This document shows, in pieces, positions 35,674 to 45,200 of a DNA stretch of 64,000 bases; positions within the stretch are counted from its first letter, which is position 1; every line of letters starts with the position of its first letter. The notes beneath the pieces were generated by a model. The model saw only the letters and a list, made by a program, of their open reading frames with translations. It searched no databases and was not told the DNA's origin. Both the position numbers and the translations under genes were made by a program. Location of the stretch: the NCBI GenBank assembly GCA_051294375.1, contig CM119268.1, forward strand, positions 11,905,585-11,969,584, written 5' to 3'. The stretch comes from Paraspadella gotoi (Eukaryota > Animalia > Chaetognatha).

Positions 35674-38600
35674 TCAGAAGGATTCTGTGTGAGGAGCCGA
35701 GATTCGGTTGCCAAACATGAAGTCTGTGGAAAGGTGAGCCTCCTTGCTTCTCTGTAAGATTATTTAAAATTTCAATTTCAAGCGTTAATCAAATTGATTG
35801 CTTATTGGTGGTGTCAAAGTCGAAGCTAATTGAAGACAACATTCATTACTAAGTTCTAAAATTCTGTCTGTAGGACGTAATTGATATTGTAAGGAAAGGC
35901 ACGGGCTTCAAGAAGAAATAATTATAATCAAAAAACAGTTTATATAGTTACAATGCATTAAGTTTAATCATTTTTACCACACCTTTGTTTTCACCTCCTC
36001 ATTTTCGTTATTGCTTCTCATCCACTTCCAAATTTAAAACAAAATTTCGTAAAAAAATATTCAAACAATGTCATACAAAACATGAAAAAATGATGAAATC
36101 AAAATGCATGGAATATATTTCATTCGATAAAGTCGAAACGTCTGTCCATGTCCCCGAGAGCTTCTTCTCGCCTTTGTTTGACTCCTCTAAGCGAGGACAC
36201 CGTCGTCGCTGCTCGTAGAGCCGCTCCACTAGCCACCGTTCCCCCAGCTATTCCATCCATAGTTATTACTCCTCTCGCCGCAGCTCCTCTCGCTTCACCT
36301 CCTTCTCGACAAAGGGCGCGCCCCGATGGCGGAAGCGACGACGACGTCGAAGCCCTCTCCGAGAAGCTGCGCCTCCTTCACGAGCAGCTGGAGTCGGAAC
36401 GGAATCGGCGAAGGCGGCTGGAGCAGCGGGAAGAGGAGGCCTCCGTCGATGGCTGGGCCAAATTCGAGCTGGAGAAGGAGAGGAAGGTCAGCTCTGCCTT
36501 GAAGGGGAAGTTGAAGGAGGCGGACATGTCGGCGACGACGTTGAGGGAAAAGCTAGAGGACGCCGAAGACGCCGTCGAAGCGGAGCAGAGAAAGAGTCGT
36601 TGTTTGGAGGAGGATCTGCAGAGGGTCGTCGCCAGAGAGGAGGCGGCGAGGAGACGAGAAGTCGCCGGCGCCGAGAGATTGACCGACATCGGGCGGAGAG
36701 TCGACGGGCTGATTCGAGAGAACGAGAGAGTCGAAGGAGATTTGAAGGAGGAGACGAAGACGAGGAAGAGGCTGGAGGAGGAGATAAGGAGGATGGAGAG
36801 GGAGAGAGAGAGGGAAGGGAGGAAGAAGGCGGAGATCGGGCAGGAGGAGGAAGATTTGAAGAGACGACGGGATCTGAGGGAGACAGAGTTGAATCGATTG
36901 GAGGGAGATTTGATGGAGGAACGGAGGAGGAGGAAGAAGATGGAGGAAGAGATGGAGGAAAGGGAGGAAGAAAAGACAGTTGTTTCGAGGAGAGTGGAGG
37001 AAATCCTCGCGACGACGAACGATCTTGGTCGGGAGAAGCAAAGTCTGCTCGCAAGAGTGCAATGTCTAGAGGATGAAGCGGAGCAGTCGCGATTGCAACG
37101 CAAAGAATTGCTGAAGGAAAAGACGGAGATCGCACAACAGGCGGAAGGATTGAAGAGGAAACTCACGGCCAACGAAATCAGCAAGAAAGAACAGGCCTCG
37201 GAATTGAAGGAGCAAATGCGCGCCAGAGTGGCCGAGAAGGAGCAGCTACTGAAGGAGGAGCGGAAGAATAGGGCGCAGGAGTTGGAGCAAGAGAGATTGG
37301 TCAAGTCCAGGTTGACGAGGGAGCTCGAGAATAAGAGAAAGGAAATGGAATCTCTCGCGAGTAAAATGGAGGAAACTCGATCGAATATGGAGAAATTGCG
37401 AAAGGATAACGCGACGTTGAAGGAGAAATCGGAGAGTGAATCGCTTCGTCGGGAAATGGAGGATCGAAGGACTCCGACGGAGGAACGTCAATGGTTGAGT
37501 TTAGAGCGATCGCAATCCCGTCGGGGGATGAACGAAGGGATCGAGGAAGAGACTCAATGGCAAATGGTCGAGTCGGCGAGGAGTCAAAAATCCAAGAGCT
37601 TTGATGGATTGAAAGAGTTGGGGGACGAAGTGGTACAACTTAAAGAAAAACTGACTCTCGTTCAATTTGAAAAAATGGGAATGGAAAAGGAAATGAAATC
37701 GGTCAAGGAAAATCTAGAAAAGAAGAGGATCGAATGTAGAAAACAAACGTTTGATTTGCAAAATGCTCATAGTTTGCACGAAGAGGAAAAGATTGAGCTA
37801 CGAAATAAGATCAATGATTTAGAAGACAATCTTAAAGCAGTTGAGAAGGTAAAAGATTCTCTGATAGAAAATAGAGGAAAAGATGAGGAAAAATCTCGGG
37901 TAAAAGTGACCAACTTTGAACGTCGTATTGAAGATCTGACTTCACAGCTTGACGAAACTAATCGAACAGTTCAGACTATGGAAAATGAACAGCATGAGAA
38001 GAACAATAAGATGAGGAAGACTGAGATGAAGCTGAACGAATGCGAATGGATTAAGAAGCAGCTTGAGAAACAATTGAAGGAAAGGGACTCTGAAGTTGAG
38101 AAAGGAGCGAAAGAGTTGAATGAAATCAACTCTCAATTTAGAAATATGGTTTCTGCGAAAAAGGATCTCGAAATTAAGCTGGAAAAACTGGAGCAACAAA
38201 GAATGGATGCACAGCATATGTTTGATTTAGAAATCACAAACCAGAAGCTGCGAGAACGAAACTCATCATTGGAAACGCAAGTCGTTAATTTTAAAATGCA
38301 AGATGTAGAAGTTATACAAAACAAGGAAGAATTTCGAAAAGTTAAAGCTGAAAATCAAGATTTGGAACATAAAATATCTATGCTCCTTGCATACAAAGAT
38401 AAGGCTTTAATACTACAAGAAGAAAAAAACAAGTTGGAAGCCAAAATTGTTGAAAAGGACATGGAGTTTGAAAATTATAAAATAGGCTGTAATTTGAATT
38501 CCGAAATGGAAAAAGAAAACCTATTGATGATCTCAAATTTAAAAACAGAAATTAACCAAATGAATGTTGAGAAAGATCAGGTAATTGTTTGTTTTTTTTT

Positions 38601-40442
38601 ATTCCTAAAAACTGCACAACACCAAATATAGAAGACGGCATTACTTTAATTCACCTTCCATTTAAAATAGGTGCAAGTATTAAACAGAATGCATGAAATT
38701 GACCACAATTTCTCTTTTTATTTTATGATAGAATAAAACAGTTTTCGATTAATGTTTTGAAGAAGTGTTAAAAAGAAAACAAAAGAATGCACAGTATATT
38801 AATACAATTTTATACATGCCACAAATCACAATTATACTATAAGTAGTGGAGTGTTTTTACAATGCATGAAACTTCTTCTTATTCAAGTGATTCAATGGAT
38901 TTTTCTTTTTTCTTAAACTTTTACATTTTAAAAACTCCATGTGGATTTTCAGCTCCAAGAGGAAAATGAGGAAATACTGAACCAGATAAGCGAGTTGTTG
39001 TTAAATGCAGAGGAAATGCAGCATCAGATGCAGCAAGAGATAGCCAAATTGCGTCAGGATAATGAGGTAGAACGAAAGATAAAAATTTGTGATGAAGTAA
39101 CAGAACTGTCATATTTTTTTCAAATTTCCTATTATTATTTCTGACACATTTTATTCTTTTATTCATCTAACTCTTGTGAAAGAAGCACTAATATGTAAAC
39201 GGAGATCATGTTAATTGTATTATCAAGATTCAACATCGTCTTACAGAGGAAAAAATCGATTTTCAAAATTTAATAAAATAATCATTAAATTATTCGAATA
39301 AAAGATAATCATTTAATTTTTTTTTAATTTTAAATTTATTTCGATTTGAAAAGCGCCGTAAATATCCGTAGAGAAAGAAAACAATCATTATTTTTTCTTT
39401 GCAGGTGAACCAACTCCTAAGCCAGCCTGAGAAGTCCAGGAACCAATTGACTCGAGCAGACACGACCGCGGCGAAATCTTCAGAAACACTATTGCAAGAA
39501 AACACTGCCTTAAAAGACAAACTAGAGCAAGTCACTATGAAGGTATTTGTTTTTAAATCTTTGTTGCAGAATCACAAGCTCAAATTAAAAAAAAAAACAT
39601 TTCCCTTCCTCTCAAATGCAGTTGTTGTCGGTGACCGAAACTCTGGCGGCCAATGAGGCCGAAGCGGATCGTCAAAAGTCGCTCCTTCGTCAGAAGTTGG
39701 CAACAACCATCCCCGAAGATGAGTACGAGAAGCTGCGGCTACGGTTGCTGCAGACGGAACAGCAGCAAAGGAAGGAGCGGGAAGAGTGGGAGAGAAAGAG
39801 TGCCGAGTCGGAAAGCATCTTCAGAGGTGAGTTTTCGTTAGTAAACGGTGAAAGCTGGACGTTACTACGATGGTGATAAAGTGTAAAGTGTAAAGTCAAT
39901 TTCCGTTACGTTTTTAAAATAGTTCAAGAGGAAAAACTGAAGAGGGCTCTGGAATCGTCGCTGGCCGATCGAGACGCCGTCGACAATCAACTCGTAAAAA
40001 CCAAAGCTTTGATGTTGAAGAAACTGGAAAACGCAAAGGAAAACATTCAGAAGAGATCGAAAACTGATTTGTTGCTCAAGGTAAAGAGGAAGATTTTATG
40101 CCTGAATAATTATTATATAATAATTATATAATAGGAAAACATTTTGAACGTATCTTTCTTGACATTTTTGTTATTTTGTTTTGATTTTCGTTTACGTTTC
40201 ATACGTTACATACCTTCCTTTCTTTTTATGCTTATACTTAAGACTTACCTAATGCCTCACTCGTATCTTTTCTCTTCTCTCACCCACAGGATCTCTACGT
40301 GGAAAACGCCCACATGATGAAGTCCCTCGAGCTTTCTGAGGAGCGCCAGCACGCAGCCGAGCGAGAATTGCAGCAGCTGCGTGACAAGAATCGCGCCCTT
40401 CAACGTCTCGTCGGGCATTACGGGCAAAGGGGGCGCCTCTAG
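12719..40442 (+). CDS. NINL: Ninein / ninein-like family centrosomal protein (EF-hand dynein-dynactin adaptor plus long coiled coil), 30 coding exons, about 2,812 aa (about 1,996 aa without exon 25)
   Basis: Hand-spliced exons, all GT-AG with matching phases: 12719-12743, 12908-13098, 13242-13335, 21034-21365, 21779-21915, 22360-22573, 22782-22936, 23175-23376, 23539-23712, 24214-24408, 24829-25050, 25641-25724, 25995-26199, 26373-27676, 28004-28197, 28431-28729, 28966-29038, 29165-29240, 31401-31663, 31828-31964, 32164-32396, 32573-32767, 32882-33035, 33105-33169, 36133-38580, 38953-39066, 39405-39542, 39622-39826, 39923-40080, 40290-40442(TAG). The N-terminus, the second EF pair and the C-terminus match NIN/NINL as remembered. 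Probably a single invertebrate co-orthologue of NIN and NINL, so the symbol is approximate. Confidence 0.92.
15340..17750 (+). repeat. Long polypyrimidine low-complexity tracts in ninein-like intron 3
   Basis: Almost pure T/C on + at 15340-16600 and 17250-17750. Source of the spurious poly-Phe/poly-Lys ORFs. Confidence 0.9.
19725..19960. repeat. (ATGGAA)n hexamer satellite
   Basis: Tandem GGAAAT/TGAAAT units. Confidence 0.9.
22360..23712 (+). CDS. NINL: Ninein-like exons 6-9: second EF-hand pair and degenerate EF region
   Basis: PEELHLKSIWDELDVGKNGFLTLHELAK|VCDHIGMSNMSPSEVKDLFVKLDADGDGAVSFEEFLVGLFAH has a canonical loop DADGDGAVSFEE. It continues FSALDR...VVAFWESIGIR|DGEEILASLG, similar to NINL VWEELGVGSSGHL...LFNKLDQDGDGKVSLEEF. 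Confidence 0.93.
26373..27676 (+). CDS. NINL: Ninein-like exon 14 (1,304 nt, coiled coil with an internal heptad repeat)
   Basis: Acceptor CACAG at 26372, open frame covering ORF 26549-27706, donor AAG|GTGAG at 27677. E/K/L/R-rich heptads. Confidence 0.88.
29462..30944 (-). CDS. CIBAR1: FAM92/CIBAR family BAR-domain ciliary protein, nested antisense in ninein-like intron 18; 5 exons, about 314 aa; one apparent frameshift
   Basis: Exons 30944-30724, 30417-30289, 30222-30054, 29978-29776, 29683-29462(TGA). Translation GNLVQIFAAVNRKEAR|LRDRGDDL...LIQDYR|HALVSRSEAKVVRPLSKY...DFERQRTRDLKSALLEFLRINISFHAKAVQVLT matches FAM92A GELCQIFAAYVRKTARLRDKAD...LQDYRQAEVERLEAKVVEPLKTY...FERQKMKDIK...MLFHGKALEVYT. 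Exon 3 is 1 nt short near 30140. Confidence 0.9.
31121..31134. promoter_or_regulatory. RFX X-box upstream of the FAM92/CIBAR gene
   Basis: GTTTCC-AT-AGCAAC fits the X-box consensus GTHNYY-AT-RRNAAC exactly. It lies about 180 bp upstream of the minus-strand ATG (30944), inside an extended palindrome CTCCGTT...AACGGAG. Confidence 0.85.
33480..33700 (+). promoter_or_regulatory. Candidate internal promoter / 5' UTR in ninein-like intron 24
   Basis: Local CpG-rich island with ACTTCCG (ETS-like) and CACGTG (E-box), no coiled-coil coding frame, immediately upstream of ATG 33834 and its donor. Confidence 0.4.
33834..35733 (+). CDS. Candidate alternative first coding exons of a short ninein-like isoform (33834-33861 and 35678-35733)
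   Basis: ATG AGT GAA ACA AAT TGC TTC CAT GAA G|GTCAG (phase 1) joins CTCAG|AA GGA TTC...GGA AAG|GTGAG (phase 0), which joins 36133 in frame: MSETNCFHE-EGFCVRSRDSVAKHEVCGK-SKRLSMSPR. The middle exon reads into a stop if joined from exon 24. Confidence 0.5.
33975..34134 (-). mobile_element. tRNA-derived SINE-like element or tRNA pseudogene (Gly-like head 34134-34063)
   Basis: Minus strand reads GCGGCCATTGGTGCTGGAGG...CGCCTCCCAA...CCGGGGTTCTAGCCCGGTGGTCGT: A-box-like, B-box-like (GGTTCTAGCCC) and pairing acceptor stem, but a broken anticodon stem. A GC-rich tail follows; its end is approximate. Confidence 0.55.
36133..38580 (+). CDS. NINL: Giant 2,448-nt phase 0/0 coiled-coil exon (exon 25, or exon 3 of the internal isoform)
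   Basis: Acceptor TTCGATAAAG at 36132 is in frame with ORF 36148-38631. Donor GATCAG|GTAAT at 38581 joins in frame to 38953. Confidence 0.85.
38953..40442 (+). CDS. NINL: Ninein-like exons 26-30: conserved C-terminal region
   Basis: ...KRSKTDLLLK|DLYVENAHMMKSLELSEERQHAAERELQQLRDKNRALQRLVGHYGQRGRL*. Closely resembles the NINL C-terminus [31 protein letters not shown]...VRALNKLV. Confidence 0.93.
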
Positions 40443-41934
40443 AATTTAAGGGGAGGAGCACAGAGTTTATGGGCCTATATTCATTAGTTAGAGCCTAATT
40501 TTTTACTTTAGACGTCGAAAAACCGCAGGCCCTCTATCTATTTTCTGAACGGAGACTAGTAGAGTTACCAATGAAATTTCTTTGAAAATTCCTGGCGCCA
40601 AACTGTTGTCGGATGCTCATTCATTTTTTCGATTACATATCTCTCCTGAATATCTGTGGTCGCCAGCATCCACCTTTTATTTTATAATATTTCTGAATCT
40701 TCATAGTAAAAGTACACAAAGACTTGAAATGACCAAATCGTGAACAGCAAAAAAAAATAGAAAAAATTATTGTTTTTCGCCATACAGACGAGTGGCTTAT
40801 AGGTCTCTAGTGTCACGTATCGGAATATTATTACGCGCTAAATAGTCTAATGAAACAAGCTGCGCAGCTCGCTAAGTTGTGATCTAATGCATTCCCTGTA
40901 TTGTGTTCTCTGTATCTGAATTTTTTTCCGTTTACAAAAACTTTCTTATTTGACTTTTACGAAAACTTTTTTCACAGTAAGGATATTTTTTTCTTTGATT
41001 TCACTAGACAGGTTTTTACTTTTATATTCTATCTGCACTAACAAGATAAGCACCGATGCAAACATGAAGCGATCGGCCAGCCAAGGCACTCTCCAAAACA
41101 AAAGAAAGTTGTCAGTAAAAATCAATTGCTCGTTTCTAATCCTACTTTATCGTCAAGAAAGTTTTTCAAATTTGATAACAAAAAATCCGACATTGGCGAA
41201 AGCAAGCCGTTGGAGCGGACATAATACACAAAATGCAATGAGGAAAGTGAAATTCAACCACCAGTCCAAGGTAGATCAACAAACAAACAGATAATAACAT
41301 AGTGCACCATGGAAAAATCCCTTTCGTAATATGTAATCACATCGGAGCCTCTTTGTCGTAATGACTGATCAGGCGAATGCAATATCTCTCCTCTCGCTCA
41401 TATCCTTCTCTCTCTTTCTCTGAGATCTGGATTGACAAAAGACGAATAGTTTTATTTGACCAATATAATTAATTGTTTACGGTCTTTGGTCTTCTATAGC
41501 TGTAACGGTTAGACTTAGTGGATAGATATTCAAGGGTTAGGCCTCTTGCGTGGCTTTTTCCAAAGCTATATTATGTGCGAACAAAAAAATCCTGCTTGCC
41601 TGGGTGACTCGCAAGAGAAAGAATTGAGCTCGACAGGATAGCGGGCAATCGACGGAAACGACGACCGATAATTTTGAACGATGAGCGGAAGCCGCTAATG
41701 CGAACAATCGATGAGCGAGACAATTGAAGCAGCAAAGAGACGGAGTTTTTGGCGTCTGTTTGAAGTCCGTGCAGTTCGAGGCAGCAGCAAGCTGAAGGGG
41801 GCTTCGATGAAAAAAAAATCGCTTATAGGCGATTATAACTTATCCAGTTTGAATTTTGGTCATATTTTTTTCTGTCATTTTTTTCCGGGATCAGTTTTTT
41901 TCTTCTCTTACTAGGAGCTTTTTATTATTCACAG

Positions 41935-42290
41935 CAAGTTTGAAAAACGTATTGCCAATTTAGAAAAAATTAGAAGTTGAAAAAATTATGAAGAGTTGAC
42001 AAAATTCAATGCAAGTTTAAAAATTATGCAAGGTTGAAAAAATTATGCAGTTGAAAAAAATTAATTGGCAAGTTGATAAAATTATGCAAGTTGAAAAAAT
42101 TATGCAAGTTGAAAAAATTATGCAAGTTGAAATAGCAAGTTGAAAAAATTATGCAGTTGAAAAAATTATGCAAGTTGAAAAAATTAATGGCAAGTTGAAA
42201 AAATTAATGGCAAGTTGAAAAAATTATGAAGTTGAAAAAAATTATGCAAGTTGAAAAAATTATGCACAGTTGAAAAATTATGCAAGAGAA
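41935..42290. repeat. Minisatellite, about 18-bp unit GCAAGTTGAAAAAATTAT
   Basis: Roughly 18-20 tandem copies, decaying to about 42550. No unique spacers. Confidence 0.9.
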
Positions 42291-45200
42291 CAAACTATAC
42301 ATTGATTACAAAAATGATATAAGGTAAAAATTGCAAGTTTTAAAATGATTGCCAGTTGTTAAATGATGGCAAGTAAAAAAAAGATGACAAGACTAATATA
42401 TATACAGGCAAGTTAAAAAGCATGGAGCAAGTTAGACAATAATGATGCAGTTAGCAGAAAATAAAAAGAAATAAAAAGAATATAATGAAGTTAAGCAGAG
42501 AAAAGAAATATGACAGGCGAACTTAATAGAAAAGAATATAAGTTGATAATAGAAGTGGCAGAATTATAAAAAATTATTATCGTAGGTGCTAACAGTAACT
42601 GTTTAATTAAGCCTTGAAAGCGATTTACATGATAGTGGCGCAGCACTGGTTAATTATTGTGATCACATCTTGCATTTTTGGGGCAACGGAAACTGATAGA
42701 GGGTGGTCGCCGATACATGATACAGCGTTACTACGATAGATTAATTAATTGATTAGATTTGATTGATTTGGCAGATTCGAGCTATAAAAGATTCGAGTTT
42801 TCACCTCCCATCTCCGCCTTCAAAAAAGGGTTCGCGTCACTGAGGACACCAAACATCAGATTTCTTTTACTTTGAATGAAATGAATAAGAAATGAAACAG
42901 AAGCAAATTTCTTTTTTATTTTTTTTTCTCAGACAAGCTCCAAATTTTAATCTCGCCTCATGAAAATCATGGAAGCACAGTAAATTAAGTCTACTACATG
43001 GGATCTATCAATATTAATCCGAGGTAATTTCAATTTGGCAACGGGATTGATATATATATATTGTAGCAGTAGTATATTTTATGATATATATATATATTCA
43101 TTTAATCAAATCTTTTAAAGATTGGCTAGTTTTGAATTTTTCAAACTAATTTTATTAATCTCGCATGACAAGGGCGAATAGCCCGTTTGGAGAGATAAAG
43201 TGAAGGCCTAGGCTTCTTTGTGACGTTTCGTCGTGCGTTCGTCACGCTTGTTTTGCAATGTTAATTAAATTGAATTAATTATTAATTAATTAATTATTTT
43301 AATTACCCGATAATTATATAATTCAGTTAATTTAATTAATTAATTAGGCAATTAATTAAATTAATTTAATCCTCAAATGTTTGGTTTTTAGGTTCTTTTC
43401 ATCACTAACCATGACAAAAACAATGACGACGCATTTGAGAATAATGGCCGATAAAGATTGAACTTGTGGGATTGACTGATTAATTAAATTATTAATTATT
43501 TGATTATTGATTAATTAACTGATTAATTAATTTGATTTAGTTAATACTCCTGGCATTTAGCATTTAATAAAAGGAAAAAAGAAGCATAATAATCAAATAT
43601 AGTGAAACAAGTTTTTTTTTTTTCGCATTTAAACTTCATTTCACGTCTAGATTCATCGAACTTGATTTCCTGCTCAATCACGACACTTCCTAAACCACAC
43701 AGTCAAAAATCTTATTCAAAACGTTCTGACATAATATAAGTGTGTGCCGCGACAATATTGAGGGGGCGGACCGAAGGAACCGACAAGTGAATTTAGAGTC
43801 GGGATCTGCTGATAAGCAGATCCGGACTAAAAAGTGCAGAATAACTTACTGAACCTGGTTTCGTGGCCATTGCGGGGGCAACGAGTAAACAATGTCAAGG
43901 AAAAAGGCCCAATTAACGCGTTTCGATGGCAACGGAATGTTATCGTATATAAAAAAAATTCAACATGACGGCAATTTCACACGGCGGAACGTTACGTTTA
44001 TAAAAAAAAAATTCAACTTGACCGAGATCACGCCGCCGTTGCGAGGCACCGATATAAACGAGAGTGACCTAATAATGGCGTCTCGTTGGCGGGAAAACTT
44101 CCAGCTTCTTTTTGCTTTCTCTCTCTCTCTCTCTCTGCTCTCTCTCTGTACGATCTCTTGCGTGATCATTTGTTTTTTTTTAAAATTCTGATTATTTTTT
44201 TTTATTTCCTTCTCTCGTCAAGTGAGACTCCCTAATCTTTTTAAGATTTTTTTTGACAATAATAGGACATGTTTCTGCTTTGGATACAGCCTTCATCAGC
44301 GTTTGTATCCAAGGCAAAAATTCGTTGAAAAATCAAAACTTTGCAATCTCTAACTTTACAAAACAACGAAAAGAAAGGATTATTACAACACAATCCAATC
44401 TAAAAATTTTTGGATGAATTAATAGTAATTTTAAATAGCGATTTGAAGCAATTTATAATTTTTTTTATCAGATCATTAATTCATTTGAAAAGAGGAAACG
44501 CTAAAATTTCTAAAGATTACATTTGCGCATTAAATTTGAGCTCATCTCAACAGACGATTTCCTCCTTCTCGCATGATGCTCCTCGGCAATGAAGCGGATT
44601 TTGATTTTATTGGGATTTTTATCCAAGTAATTATAAGTCATATTAATAGCCATCATAAAGTAAACGTATTAATCAAATAAATAAATAGAAATATGGTGTT
44701 AAGATAAACCTTTAGACAAATATTGCCATATGTTACATATCAATTTTAGTATGGCACTATTATACTATCAACGACAGCAACAGGCACCAAACACCACAGC
44801 TCACGCGACATGTGTGATGTGCAATGTGCAAGACTTTATTAAGCATCTGACGAGGCAATGTAATTGTTTGTTCATAAAAATAAATATCATTATTTATTTA
44901 TTATAGTAATAGGTGGATTAAGAAAAACATTTAAATAGTGTCCACTTTTTTGTCTTTCCTTTTTTGGTTAGGACTTTTAAGTCAGATAATTACAAAAAAA
45001 TTTATAACTTGCTATCTGGTTTTGTTAATGATATGCCCAGTAATTATTTAATCAATAGGATTTTGATTATTTAAAATAAAAAATTGATTGAATTGCAATG
45101 GCTTAGGCATTTTTAAATTATAATGCTGCTCGAAAAGACTGAATGAAGGGTAAAAGTGACAAAATCCATGAAAAAAAAGTTGCTGAAAGTAATTGGGTTA

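Noticed and set aside
36378-37304. 308-aa and other minus-strand ORFs opposite the coiled-coil exons (also 26563-27265)
   Set aside because: Antisense shadows of E/K/R-rich coding sequence; Ser/Phe/Leu-rich with no independent features.
36148-38631. 827-aa ORF as a stand-alone myosin/trichohyalin/SMC-like gene
   Set aside because: It has an in-frame acceptor at 36132 and a donor at 38581 joining to ninein C-terminal exons. The tail VIVCFFLF... is intron read-through.
41935-42290. Regular repeat array considered as CRISPR
   Set aside because: Head-to-tail 18-bp units without unique spacers, no cas genes, and a eukaryotic intron-containing context. It is a minisatellite.
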